From: Octopus bimaculoides
Taxonomy: Eukaryota
NCBI RefSeq assembly: GCF_001194135.2
Contig: NC_068986.1
Span: 110,085,352-110,140,426 of the forward strand
DNA: 55,075 nt
Reading direction: 5' to 3'
In this document: positions 35,372 to 49,207 of the stretch, piece after piece
Position numbering within the stretch: the stretch's first letter is position 1
Layout: each line of letters starts with the position of its first letter
Notes under the pieces: model-generated
The model's database searches: none
The model's input: only the letters and a program-made list of their open reading frames with translations
What the model was told of the DNA's origin: nothing
Made by a program: the position numbers and the translations under genes

Positions 35372-35752
35372 GGAGGCGCAATGGCCCAGTGGTTGCAGTA
35401 GCGTACTCGCGGTCGTAGGATCGCGGTTTCGATTTCCAGACCGGGCGTTGTGAGTGTTTATTGAGCGAAAACACCTAAAGCTCCACGAGGCTCCGGCAGT
35501 GGGGTGGATGGCGAACCCTGCTGTACTCTTTCACCACAACTTTCTCCCACTATTTCTTCCTGTTTCTGTTGTACCTGTATTTCAAAGAGCCAGCCTTGTC
35601 ACACTGTGTCACGCTGAATATCCCCGAGAACTATGTTAAGGGTACACGTCTGTGGAGTGCTCAGCCACTTGCACGTTAATTTCACGAGCAGGCTGTTCCG
35701 TTGATCGGATCAACTGGAACCCTCGTCGTCGTAACCGATGGAGTACCACTTA
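35372..35752 (+). mobile_element. tRNA-type SINE, family D, full length
   Basis: TGGCCCAGTGG A-box, GGTTTCGATTTCC B-box; 11-bp TSD AGTTCTC(T/A)ATA at 35361-35371 and 35753-35763. Confidence 0.88.
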
Positions 35753-36712
35753 AGTTCTCAATAATCAACAAGCTAAACATGAAAACCTTTTTATGGGTTA
35801 CAAATCCTAGTCCTTATTTTCATTTTCCCCTTCTCTTGACGGATTAACAGATATTGGCAAATATTTTCATGCTGAATTTATTAATGCTGCTGCTTTTGTT
35901 GTTTCTTTTGGTGCTGTTGCCGTTGTAGTGGTGGTGGTGATGCTGCTGCTGCTACTATATTTATCACTGCTGTTTCAGTATCTGTTACCGTTTCACATAA
36001 ATTTTGTTCTCTCTTGGAGCTTTATTCACTGCTCGGCTTATTTATTGTCACCACACAGCTCAATCATTAACCTAAACATTTAGACAATGCCTCGAATTAG
36101 TGAAATTTAAAGCGTCTTAGAAATTTAAGCCATCTTTCGAAATTTGAACCTTAGAACAAAAAATTGCATTTTCGCCTATTGTATCATATAAAAAAAAACT
36201 GCCAGAAATATATATATATAAAAAGGCATATAATAGAAATACAACAAAGATATCCTATTTATAAACATGTGATATGAGCATCATATAATGTAATGATTCT
36301 GAAATTTGGTACTATGTGTTTTTTTTTCTTTTTTTTTGCAGAATCTAAAGTATTCTTTGTGATGTGATATTATATGGAAACTGGAACTGAACGAATGGAA
36401 TAAATGAATTTTACAACGAATTTATCTGCTTTCTCTCTCTTTCAGTCTCCCTCCCTCCGTCTGTCTGTTTGTCAGTTACATTCTCTGCTTTTCCCTCGGT
36501 TATCATTTCTTTTTTCCTTTCCACGTCTCTCTTTGTCTTTGTGTCGCTCTCATTTAGTCTATTTCAATTCCCCCCCCCTCTTTCTCTCTCTCTTTCTCTT
36601 TCTCTCCCATATACATATTTACGATTCCTTCTTCGAATCTCATACTTTCTTGATCTGTCACATTCTCTGCACACAAGTCTCTCTCTAAATATAAATTTAC
36701 ATTCACACACAG

Positions 36713-36772
<60 letters not shown>

Positions 36773-36862
36773 TTATACATACATATATATGTGTGTGTTT
36801 ATGTGTGTATGTGTATGGATGTGTGTGTGTTATACACATATATATAAAGATACATACAAACA

Positions 36863-36978
<116 letters not shown>

Positions 36979-37066
36979 CATACACGTTTGTCACATTCTG
37001 ACTTTTTCAAACTGTACTTTTATTTCTCTTTCTTTCTCTCTGTCTCTGTCTGTCTGTCTGTCTGTA

Positions 37067-37099
<33 letters not shown>

Positions 37100-38707
37100 C
37101 ACACACACAAACATACAGACACCCTCTTTCTGGAATGATTCCCACTGAAAGATATTCTAAATAGACAATCGATGCCTGCGAGTTAATAATATCCGATGTG
37201 GTAAGATAGCAATTTTCACATACCCAAAAACAGTGCAACACCAAGTTTGAAATAACTGAGTTGTGAAAGCAATTTTATAGGATATTAATGGTGTATGCCA
37301 GCTTTTCATAGCTGTAACTTCCTAACCGATATGTTAGCACATTTTTGGATAATAATGATACATCAGGTGACGATCATGGCGGCTCACGCCAATCTAATGT
37401 GGCTCTTACTGTAACATCCCCAACTCCCCCCGATGAACGCACATGAAAATACACATCCCAAAAAGCATATAAGCGCATATGTATTTATAAAAACACACAC
37501 AGGTTGATGTATACATATTCATACACACACATAATATATATTTCCCACTGCGTCAAATGAAGCTAGAGATAACAAAGTAAGATATATGTATATATATATG
37601 TAGTTATATATATATATATATANNNNNNNNNNNNNNNNNNNNNNNNNNNNNNNNNNNNNNNNNNNNNNNNNNNNNCTACATATATATATACATAAAAGTA
37701 GTTGCATATAGATATATAAAGACATATATGTATGTGTATGCATATCTGTTTGTATATATGTATATACACACACGTATGTGCGTGCGTGTGTGTATATGTA
37801 TGTATGTCTCTTTGTGTGTATGTGTATGTTTGTGTATGCGTGTGTGTTGTCTCTCTGCGTATATATCTCTGAATGTATATGTGTGTTCGTGAATAATATT
37901 GAAAGCAATGAAAACTTCCTTGTTATTTAACCGACTATAGTTGCATTAAACGTGTGAAGAGTTTCCAGAGAGGCATATTTGCCAAACCCGAAGAAGGCAA
38001 GAAGGGATAAATATTATTTATTCTCTGCAGTGAGGCATAATGTAAACCTTATTCCGCAGCACATCGTGTCGTTACAGCGTTTTGATTAACGTAAACAAAC
38101 GTTTTTTTCTTCCTCGAGACAAAAGTAACCGGTTTCAAATCTCGTTTGATTCTCAATAGAAAGACTACAAATTTTCTTTTCAAAGTTAGCTCGAAGTGGC
38201 ATTTGTTTAAAATAGTTTCTCATATACAGTGTTTGGACTTCAGTTGTTTGTTAAGCATTCAATCATACCAACGTCTACTTCATGACAGAAAAATCAGATT
38301 CACTAACTCACCTTGATCTTTGTTTGTATCTCATTTAAATAGCGATTGTTAATAATTTCACCTGGTATGAAGAAGAACAAAATGGTCAACCAGCCTTGAT
38401 ATCAAAATGATGTCTATTTTTGTGGGTGCTGTGTGATACAAGGATGGTAACATGTATTTATATTTGCTTACTTTCTTCACAGTAAAACATACAAATCGTA
38501 GGTTACCTACATTAAATGTAAACATACGTCCTGACACACATACACACACACACACGCACACACACACGCACACACACACACACACTCATAAATTCTAAAA
38601 GTAACATTACACGAAATTCTCTGTTCTTGAGGCACTCTAGCATCTACCGATTAAATATAAAATATTGTATATATATACGTAATTTAAAACTAAAAGATAT
38701 ATATGTA

Positions 38708-39655
38708 AGCACGGGGACCACAACTGTTTGTAGTGGCTCTCTCAGACATGCCCTCAGCTGTACAGTCCCCCACTGTCACCAGTTACGCTGATGATGCAAA
38801 AGTATCTCAGGCGGGTAACGACTCTAATGGCATAGAACAACTGCACAAGTAGCTGTATGTAATATACAAATGGGATTATGAAAATAACATATAATTCAAT
38901 GCCGAGAAGTTTCAAGCACTTCGCTATAAGCCCATAAACAGACTGCAATCAGAATACATAGGACCAACGGACAGTGGAATTCCCGAGTTAGAATCGGTGC
39001 GTGACCTGGGAATCCACATCAGTAATGATGCAACATTCCATGTACATATTACCAAGATAAAAACACTGAGCAGGCAGGTAGCTGGATGGATCTTCAGATC
39101 ATTCAGAACCAGAAATAAGGAAACCTTGCTACTCCTGTCCTCAGTTGTGTGTATTACTGCTCCCAAGTGTGGTCACCTCAGAGCGTCAAACTGGTGGCAG
39201 AACTCGAGACAATCAAGCGCCAATGCGCAAAAAAGATTGACACGGTGAGACAGATGAACTACTGGGAGAGGTTACAGAACTGAAGGGCTACTCCCTGGAG
39301 AGAAGGCGAGAAAGGTACACAGTGATATACATATGGAAGATCCTTGAAGGTCTAGCTCCCAACTTTGGAATTAAATGCTATACCATCCACCAAAATGAAC
39401 AGCATTGCATAATACCAAAGATTGTGTAGTCTTAATCACGAATAAGGACGCAGTAGTGCAACATCTTGGATTTCAAGGGATCCCGACTGTTTAACATCCT
39501 CCCAAAGAACCTCTGAGATTTGCGAAGTATAAATGTGAAATCCTTCAAAAAGCACCTGCAATGCCAGATCAGTCCACAACATGGAAGGAGGCACAAAGAC
39601 ATTGAAAGGCGGTTTTTTGCAGCATGACCCCAGCCTCTGGCTAAAACCAACAAGA
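38708..39655 (+). mobile_element. CR1-like LINE ORF2 3' half (RT C-terminus)
   Basis: GPQLFVVALSDMP..SYADDAK, RDLGIHIS, GWIFRSFRTR, YSLERRRERYTVIYIWKILEGLAPN; frameshifted. Confidence 0.88.
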
Positions 39656-39844
39656 GAGTAAAAGAATATATATATATATATATATATTCATGTCTGTGGT
39701 CTATCTTCCTGTTTCTGTCACCAAAGTTACGCACACTTATTATATATACACACATATATTCATGTCGCACGTATGTATGTATGTGCAGATTTGTATGTCT
39801 TATGTATATATAGTTGCATATCTAGACAAGCTCATACATATTTA

Positions 39845-40380
39845 AATGATGAACATCTGGAAAGTTTTACAGATTTTTACAGTTCCAGCGATGGATTGGA
39901 TTTGTAGTCTTCGAATTAGCTTTCTCGTTTCTGGTTTTGAGAAGCCTAATTTCTCAAGAATGGTATTTAGGCAGTGTATTACATATCCTAAGTCCCCAAT
40001 AATTACAGATAGAAACCTGAACTTGTAATCTGACGGATTTCATTATAGAGTGTCCCAGCTAGAACATCATGTCTCATCGGTAGATAATAGCGTAATGACA
40101 TTCTCGGACAACTGCTTATGAAGTGGGTGATATCTTCAGTATTAACTCCACAAAGTCTGCATAGGTTATCACATTTTGCTGCTTTTCCTGTGTCTCTGTC
40201 CCTTTTGTGCATCAGTGTTGATATTTCCTGTTCCTGTATTTCAAACGCTTACCGTTCAAAGTGGGAGGTAGTAATCCAGTAATTCATCCATGATAAACTG
40301 CTTTCATGATCGATGTTACTATCATCACATAACTTTCTACTAACATATCGAGGCATAGTCTTCTGTTTATATAGGTTCAT
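39845..40380 (-). mobile_element. RLE-LINE fragment (CCHC knuckle joined to C-terminus, internal deletion)
   Basis: EIQEQEI..CRLCGVNTEDITHFISSC..RHD, then VIIGDLGY..LGFSKPETRKLIRRLQ. Confidence 0.82.
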
Positions 40381-40400
40381 CCTTTCATGCGTTGCGGTTC

Positions 40401-40571
40401 CGTCGTGCGGCTTCTTTGGACTATCAGACAAAGAGCTTTGCTCAAGCAGCTGACTTCAAGTCTTATGATGTTATAGTAGAGGACACTTGCCCAAGGTGCC
40501 ACGCAGTGGGACTGAACCTGGAATCATGTGATTGGAAAGCAAGCTACTTACCACACAGCCACTCCTACGCC
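40401..40571 (-). mobile_element. SINE family B head
   Basis: CTTGCCCAAGGTGCCACGCAGTGGGACTGAACC..CACACAGCCACTCC. Confidence 0.85.
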
Positions 40572-41189
40572 TATATATATATATATATATATATAATGCT
40601 ATTCATCGTAGCGTTTGTAAAGAATTAGTTAAAACAGGAAATGAAATGAAAGAAATGTTCGGATTTATGTCTTTAGTGTGTTTTTGTTAGCCGCCTAAGG
40701 GAAGTAACTCATTGATCAGGAGGAATTCTGCGTTAATGGTTATTGCAAATGAGATTCAACACTTCATAGTGTGACATAAAATACTCATTAGTCAAAGATG
40801 TAAATTGAATAAAGATAAAGAATAACCATTCTGCGTCAAGCCATTGGACATATATTATATAATGTCGTAATATTGGCAATATTCAGAGTAATAATATTAA
40901 TGCTTATAATGACATAAATAATTTAATAATGGAAGAGGATAGCGTGGTGTTATAATAATAGTTTTAAACGAATTAAATTGGATACGCCATACAAACTTGA
41001 TATGACCGATAAGAATTGGTTTAGACGGGATAAAGTTGCACAGCAATACACACACACATACACACACACACATACACACGCACACAAATGCACAATCAAA
41101 CACACACCGAGGGTATGGTGATCATGTATTACTCGGTGTTTAAACGGGTTGTGCCCATTATGGCCACGGCTTGTGGGGGCTGAAACATA

Positions 41190-42470
41190 TAAAAAAAAGA
41201 TAAATAAAAGAATACAGCTAAAATTATAATAGTCTTCCAATAATCTATGTGTTTCTAAACATCTGCCAAAAACTGTCGGAATCTTTAGCAAGTCCGACAT
41301 AATGCTTAGTGGCAAGACGTTTATTCGAACGGTGCCCATACACGTTCATCGTCTAGGATGCGTTGCATTATTAGCCGACTGCATAGCTAAACCGCGGTGC
41401 AGTGGGTGCTGGAAAAAGACTGACCGTTTTATCATTGGAGCAAGTCCCTTCCACAAGAAAATAAATAACAGATGCTCCAATGTAATGAAGATGTAGCCCG
41501 GGCAAGGCACGATTGTCAGGTGATAAACGAGGGCGTCGAGCTGGCTGAATCGTTAGCGCGCCGGGCGAAATGCTTATCGGTATTTCGTCTGCTGTTACGT
41601 TCTGAGTTCAAATTCCACAGAGGTCGACTTTGCTTTTCATCCTTTCGGGGTCGATTAAATAAGTACCAGTTACACACTGGATTCGATGTAATCGACTTAA
41701 TCCCGTTGTCTGCCCTTGTTTGTCCCCTCTATGTTTAGCCTCCACTCCGCTGTGGGCAATAAAGAAATAAATAAATGATGACGGAGACGGCGTAGGAATT
41801 CGCCACCTCTGTTCGCCTTCTCTGTCTCTCTGCTCATAGCTGGGTAAGTTTTAGCACCGTGTTTGTCACTTCCTCCCACACCTTCCTCATCTGGAGGTCA
41901 GGACGGAACCAGACCCCATGCAGTTTAACTGTTTCGTCAGCCCAGCGTGCAACAACGTCGTCTGACCACATGGACATGACTCTCTAGGTGCTCAACGGTA
42001 CCGACATCCTGCATTGATTTTGGTTCCTGCTACTCACTCGTGTCCATTTAGAATGGTGCCGATCGTCTCCATTTCGGAGGTGTCCAGCACCATGTCGTGT
42101 ACGCCGGTACTATCCTCCCGGGTTCCTGTTCGAATTGTTTACCTCTCAACTGTTTCAGTTTCCACAACAGTGGTTCGGGAGCCAATGAATAAAAAAAAAG
42201 CCAAGTGCGGGCAGTCATGACGGACTGAGTGTGCGATGTAAAACGGTTTCACTGGGTGGCCGTTTACTTTGACCTCTTATGGGTTCGGACTCAATTGATT
42301 TCAGGTCAGCTTCCAGGTAACGATGGTCGATTCTATTCTGTGCTTTAGATTGATCCAAATTAATCAGGGTTCCACAGAAGCCAGCTTTCGTTCCTGCCCT
42401 CTAGAAAACCTTTCACTGTTATTCCTTCCAAATTTCCCAACCTACGCAGTTTACCTTCCTTGTATTTTTA
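41190..42470 (-). mobile_element. L1/Tx1-clade LINE RT fragment interrupted by a SINE
   Basis: LINLDQSKAQNRIDHRYLE, VNGHPVKPFYIAHSVRHDCP, AGTKINAG, KLHGVWF, FIFLWKG..QHPLHRGL; many lesions. Confidence 0.85.
41531..41770 (+). mobile_element. SINE family A, full length
   Basis: Near-identical to 9675-9896; probable TSD ATAAA(C/T)GA at 41523-41530 and 41771-41778. Confidence 0.92.
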
Positions 42471-42479
42471 TAACTGTTT

Positions 42480-43540
42480 CTTTCTTCCATTATGTGAGAA
42501 CTTCACATATTCTTCAGAATTTTTAAAACATGTTGTGAACACAATTTGATCTTATGAATCTTTCAGTTTTTGCCATCTCACGGTCGATTCCGCCAACAAC
42601 TAGTGATTTATAATTATTAGACTGCTTTATCTCTATAACAGCAGCAAAATAATCTTATGTGATTTCTCTCGTTTCAATGTTCAGCTTCTGTTCACTGAAG
42701 ATATATTTCCTTAATTGTGAGGAAATGGTCTGTATAGCACTACTTCAAATTATTTCTTCCATCTAATCTTTATGACTTCATCTGTTAGTTAGCAGGTTTA
42801 CATCTTTCAGTTCTAATTAAGAGCTCATTATTTTGTTGGTGTTGCTCGTAATTTCTTTCATTAATTGATAAGCTAATCTCATGTTCAACTCTCTGCCTGT
42901 ATTTGTTTGAGCTTCACTTTTATCCGCAAACTCATTCAAGTAGTTGCACTTATCACGTTTAGTGAGTCTACTCACTTCGCTGTTTAAAACTTGCATATTC
43001 ACTTCTTAAATAAGTCATCTTTGATCATAATTTCGTTGAGGTTTATACATAAGTTTTGCTAACTTCCTTTTCTGTATCACTTCCACTATCTTCCTTGCAA
43101 CTCATCTTTACCTCTTAATTCTTCTTCTGCTTCCAAGTACTACTCTTGCTGCGTCAAGTAGCGTCTCTTGAATATCATACAACATCTTAAACACATTCTC
43201 ACCTCTTCTATTAATATCTGTCAAAGAAAACGTCTATTTCTGAATTCACTCATAAACTCTTATTTTGCATTTTCGCTAGTTCTCATTTTCCTCTCCATAT
43301 ATTAAGCGATGGAATCGAGATTCTACTTGTCATCATTCGAATCAGCTAAATTTTAAACTAAGATAATGTGAGCTGATGGCCAACTAAAAGTATTGATCCA
43401 TCTTATAACCGTTGCCTCATTTACTAAACTCACATAACATTTACCAGTTGCAATACGATCAGTTTCAACTCTATTTTTCCTGCATTCAGTAATAAAAGAT
43501 GTTTATGAAAATTTTGGTACTCAAACGTTTTTCCTTATTC
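42480..43540 (-). mobile_element. Old RTE-clade LINE fragment (endonuclease-RT linker)
   Basis: LNSEVSRLTKRDKCNYLNEFADKSE..NMRLAYQLMKEIT resembles the RTE linker; otherwise very degenerate. Confidence 0.55.
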
Positions 43541-44419
43541 AGCTTCTTCGTTCAATATTCAAGGGGGAATCCTCTGGTTCCTTCTCCATAGACCCATGTG
43601 AGAAGCAACGGCTCATTGGACTTTTTGGCAGAATTCTTAAGCGTGCAACCATTTCGTTCATGGCATACCCCTAGGTTTTCTGCTAGTTGGCTCAGTTTGA
43701 AGAATTAGCCTTGCGATTCTTTTCTGGGCCCTCCTAGTCACATGTCTATAGTATCGGTGCAGAGAATTAGCGACTCGATCCGGGAAACACTTCCGAAGAA
43801 TCCCATTTTGAAGATCCTTCGGTGGAATCACATTTCGACCGCTTCAGTTCGCGATCGGACTCTTTTGAACATTACCCAACATTCATCACGATAGGAAAGA
43901 TACGAAAATCTAATTAAAGCTAGAATGTTTGGCTTTTATTTCTAGCCTCTACATTTTTATTAATCCCTCTTAGGATCGAATGCAGAAGCAGCCCCANNNN
44001 NNNNNNNNNNNNNNNNNNNNNNNNNNNNNNNNNNNNNNNNNNNNNNNNNNNNNNNNNNNNNNNNNNNNNNNNNNNNNNNNNNNNNNNNNNNNNNNNNNNN
44101 NNNNNNNNNNNNNNNNNNNNNNNNNNNNNNNNNNNNNNNNNNNNNNNNNNNNNNNNNNNNNNNNNNNNNNNNNNNNNNNNNNNNNNNNNNNNNNNNNNNN
44201 NNNNNNNNNNNNNNNNNNNNNNNNNNNNNNNNNNNNNNNNNNNNNNNNNNNNNNNNNNNNNNNNNNNNNNNNNNNNNNNNNNNNNNNNNNNNNNNNNNNN
44301 NNNNNNNNNNNNNNNNNNNNNNNNNNNNNNNNNNNNNNNNNNNNTATATATATATATATAAAACCCCATGTGGATTATAGGCGATTTTTTTTCTTATCTA
44401 TCTTTCTTTCTCTTTGCAC

Positions 44420-44540
44420 TTTCCAGCTTCCGACGAAGAGCTACGCTGGAAACGTTAACGACTCCCTCTTTTCACCTTGCATCAACTTAATATATTGCTT
44501 GAGCCCGTCCTCAGGTTGGTATTTTTCCTTTCTTTTTCTG
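44420..44540 (+). mobile_element. Penelope-like terminal repeat with hammerhead-like core
   Basis: CCGACGA-AGAGC-TAC-GCTG-GAAAC-GTTAAC-GAC; collinear with the minus-strand segment at 27240-27370. Confidence 0.55.
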
Positions 44541-44593
44541 TTTTTTAATTGTATGTTCTTTGAATTGATTATATATACATACAAACATACATG

Positions 44594-44630
<37 letters not shown>

Positions 44631-45352
44631 ACATATAAATATATACATATATGTACGTATATATATTATTTACGTATATGTACATATTTGCATCTCTCCC
44701 GGTCTCTCTTTCTCTCTCTCTATATATATTTGTATATGCATATATTGTTATATATATATGCATACGTTTTCCTGTGTTTATAAATAGTACTGTCGGTATG
44801 ATTTAGTGGAGCCTGCATAAACATGTAGGCGCATGTGTACAAATAACACGGGTTTATATTTCTCTTTCTTGCAAAGCGTGTATGTGTGTGTAGGTGTGGT
44901 CGTGCACGAGGATGTGGAGTAAGATAGAAACAGAAGAATGAAAGAAAGAATAAGGAGATCAATGATATGAAGGAGAATGGATGAAATATTAAAAAAAAAA
45001 AATTTAAAGTACGTTCACAGGCTTACGTCAATAGATGAAGTTATATACATGTATGTATATATATANNNNNNNNNNNNNNNNNNNNNNNNNNNNNNNNNNN
45101 NNNNNNNNNNNNNNNNNNNNNNNNNNNNNNNNNNNNNATATATATAAATATATAAAAACATATATACATATATATACATACATATACATACATACATATA
45201 CATATGTATGTATGTATTTATGTGTGGTTGTATGCGTTTGCGCACACAAGTTTATATATCATGAAAACTTATATTTATGCATGTCTATATATATGTATAC
45301 ATATGTCTGTGTGTGTGTATGTCCATGTATGTTTCTATACCTAAATTTATCC

Positions 45353-45391
<39 letters not shown>

Positions 45392-46266
45392 TGTTTATAC
45401 GTCTGTGAATATAACGAAGTATACATACGTTACCTACGCATACACCTATAATTATATAGTCACACACACATGCACATATGTATGTATACACAGTACATAA
45501 TTTTGTAGTCAGTAAAATGAAATTTATATACATAAAAAAAAGCCTCTTTTGTCGAAGTAAAGAATAGGAACAAACGAAAAGAAAACCAATATCCAAAACA
45601 AATACAAAACAACAACAATTCCCCCCTCTACCTTTTCTTTTTACTCAATAAATTTATTTTCGATTTAAAAGAGGAGAACAATTTTCTCTTTTAACTTAAT
45701 GAGAAGGATTGAATTGAAAAATAATCGGATATAACACCTTCAAAAGCGTGCAGCATCAATGTTATGATCCCTAGCATGGTACTGGTGGAAAAATTCCTTA
45801 GTTTGAAGCCAAGATCAAAGTAGGTAGCGATTGAAAATCTTTCTCATCAATACTTTCGTTTTCTGTCAGATAATTATATATGCAACACATCTAATCGCCT
45901 CCCACAAATTTAATTACAGTTGAAAATTGTGAAGGTGGTATTGGCATGTTACCCTTTTCACTATGAAGAAACTCAGCTTTGTTTCTCTCTTTGTTTGTTT
46001 TAGATTTTAATTTTGATTGTTCTAATTATCGATAGTTATTGATCGAGAGAATTAATGCAGTTGCTGTTCCTCTAAGTTAGCATATTATATAGTGGCTGTG
46101 GTAGTGAGTCGATAGAGTACATCCACGTAAAAAGCGGTTGAGTGTGCTTTAGTTTTGTAGCTCCTTCCCATCTTATCATAATACAATTGTGACTTCAAGT
46201 CAAGATATTTAACTCTCGCTGACTCAGCCGTACTTGCTATTAATAAGTACCAGAAGGTGGCTACAG

Positions 46267-46319
<53 letters not shown>

Positions 46320-46324
46320 ATATT

Positions 46325-46788
46325 ATTAGAATTAATAATATGTACCTCCCACATCATTAAAGTGCTTGAAAGGGTGGTAAGATCAAGGATAGCTGACTTC
46401 CTGGAGACCCACAAACTCCTAAATTCAAACCACCATGCCCTTCGCTGTGGCATGGACTGTCTAACACAGCTCTTACATCACATTGAAGATATATTTAAAG
46501 CCTTGGGAACAGGTTCGAACGTTGATGTCATATATTTTGACTTCAGTAAAGCGTTCGACATGGTTGACCATAATATCTTACTCACAAAATTGGCAAATGT
46601 TGGAATCCGTGGAAAACTTCTACACTGGATTAAGTATTTCCTGGAGAACGGAACATAAGAAGTTGTGGTCGATGGAGTCCCCTCAAGCCTAACAAAAGTC
46701 ACCAGTGGTGTCCCTCAGGGGACTGTCTTGGGCCCACTCCACTTTATAATTTACATAAACGACCTTTCCAGCGTTGTAAATCCCTGAA
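46325..46788 (+). mobile_element. CR1/L2-type LINE RT N-terminal fragment
   Basis: [50 protein letters not shown]; one in-frame stop at 46656-58. Confidence 0.92.
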
Positions 46789-47024
46789 AAGTGAAAATAT
46801 ACACACTGAGAAATATGCTTATACGCATAAACAAAGGGAGAGATGGCAGAGAGAAAAGAAAGAGGGGAAGGAAAAGGAGAAGACAAACATAAAAATGCTT
46901 CATGTTGAATAGTCAGCATCGAATCAACGACGCCAGATCAGCTGCGCCAGAACGTCTAACATCCCTTTATTAATACAATGATGTCACAACTGAAATTGGT
47001 TAGCTAGCTGTAGCCACCTGAAAT

Positions 47025-47914
47025 TGCTTTGCTTCTCGGAGGAATTTTTGTAGCTGAGAATAATACAGCCCTTTCACGGTGTAACCCTTTTCAAGGTAAT
47101 CGATCAGCAAGACACCTTGATAATAATAAAAAAAAAACGGACGCCATGACCTTGCCAGCTGAAGGAATGACCCTGGCTTTCTTTGGGGTAGGAGATCATG
47201 TGTGCATCCACTGCTTTGATTGTTCTTTGGTTTCAGGCTGGTAGTGATGGACCCAACGTTCGTCCATAGTAATGAAACGAGCAAGAAAATTCTCTTCATC
47301 GTCTTCAAACAGTTCCAGATTGCTCGCGGACAAAGTGCACCTGGTGCATTCCTGTTCAGGAGTCAAAAGGCGAGGGATCCACCTTGCAGAAACCTTTGAG
47401 AACCCAAGTTCTTTTGTCACAATGTTGTCTGCTCTTTTAGTTGAGATGCCCAGTCTCTCAGCTATCTGACGACATGATATTCGGTGATCTTGCATTATCA
47501 TACCAAGAGCAAGGTCAATGTTGTCCTCGGTGGTTGCAGTTGGAGGTCTCCTTGGTGTGGGATCATCTTCCACACTCTTCCTGCCACGCTTCCGTTCATT
47601 TACCCAGCGTTTGACTGTTGCATATGAAGGAGCATTGTCTGTTAAGGTTCTCACCATATCTTCATGGATTTCTGATAGAGTCATGCCTTTCAAATGAAGG
47701 TACTTTATGACAGCATGATACCCAGTTTTCTCCATTTTCCTTGTAACCTTGACACTTGTTTTTTGAAAAATCTGCAACAAAAAAAATTTTAACATCAGAA
47801 TCCTAAAAATGAGCAAGAATACTCTGAAAAGACTGTACTTACCAGAAAAAATTGTTTCAGCTATCTAGCAGCCCCGTTTCTAGGTTAGGCTCAAAACTTT
47901 TCATACACCCCTCG
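47025..47914 (-). mobile_element. Irritans-type (Himar1-like) mariner, 3'-truncated
   Basis: TA-CGAGGGGTGTATGAAAAG TIR; start codon at 47735, MEKTGYHAVIKY..WIPRLLT..ITMDERWVHHYQPETKEQS, frameshift, SAGKVMASV..IDYLEKG. Confidence 0.92.
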
Positions 47915-47916
47915 TA

Positions 47917-47990
<74 letters not shown>

Positions 47991-48634
47991 AAGCTGTGTG
48001 GCTAATAAAAGAAATGTATCTATCTATTTATCTATCTATCTATCTACCTATCTATAAGGAGACACACGCATATGTGCATTAAAATATGAAAGTATACAAA
48101 TGGCTGAAGCAAGTTTCTCTTCAAGGTTGGGAGAGGCGTTAAGCGGTGTTGTTGAGAGAAGACTAATGACTAATTGCCAGACTAATGACTAATCCCTCAT
48201 GACCGCGCTGTTCTTGGATGTATATTCTGTATGCTCTGGCGACATAAAAAAAACCGAGTAGATCAACGGAAAAAAGAAAAACTAGCGCATAATAAACATA
48301 AAATTACTATTAAAGGGAATTCCAGTGTGGGTGATTCCAGATTCTAAATTAATATAAGACAACAAAAAAGACAATAAAGCCAAACAGAACCGCCACCACA
48401 AAAAAAAAAAAAAGAATGAACTGAAGAATAATTATCCTAATTAACCTAATTATTGATACCACGCTTTTAAATTGTACTAATAATATATATATATATATAT
48501 AGACACACATATATATGCATAAATAGACACGTAGGCACACAACCANNNNNNNNNNNNNNNNNNNNNNNNNNNNNNNNNNNNNNNNNNNNNNNNNNNNNNN
48601 NNNNNNNNNNNNNNNNNNNNNNNNNNNNNNNNNN

Positions 48635-48670
<36 letters not shown>

Positions 48671-49062
48671 GTAAATGTGTCTATACAAATATATGCATAT
48701 GTGTATGTATGTATGTATATGCATATATATTTATATATGCACGCACCCCACACACATACATACACACATATAAATACATACAAGCACACAGCATGCATTG
48801 TACATGTGTTTATGTATAATATACTCTTTCTATTACTGATAATAGTGCAAAGAAAGCACTATAAACCAGAAAATAATATCTAGGAGAAACTAGTCGGTAT
48901 GTTCTCTGCTTTAATGTTCAGAGAGATATCTGTAGTTTAATGATAGCATCTATATTCATAAATTAAAATTCAACATGAATTCATTATGATTCAATATCGG
49001 TTCATTAAGAATCAATATGGGTTCCTTTTATTTACATTGTATGTCTAAATGCAGTTGTAACT

Positions 49063-49207
49063 ATGTGGTTAGAAGCTCAATTTGTCCCCACATAGTTTAG
49101 AGTTCGGTCTCAAAGCGTGACACCTGAGGTGTGCGTCTGCAACAGTCGCGGGCCGAAATCGCTTTGCGAGTAAGTTTGGTTGGACTGGAACTGAGTAGAA
49201 ACTTGTC
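49063..49207 (+). mobile_element. Diverged SINE family B head followed by (TCTG)n/(TA)n
   Basis: Collinear with 23875-24024 at lower identity. Confidence 0.65.

Noticed and set aside
46085-46250. Stop-free minus frame STAESARVKYLDLKSQ...
   Set aside because: Short, weak splice signals and no recognisable homology.
38708-46788. The two CR1-like RT fragments as halves of one rearranged element
   Set aside because: They overlap in the GP.LF..D motif with different sequences and are in reversed order, so they are separate insertions.
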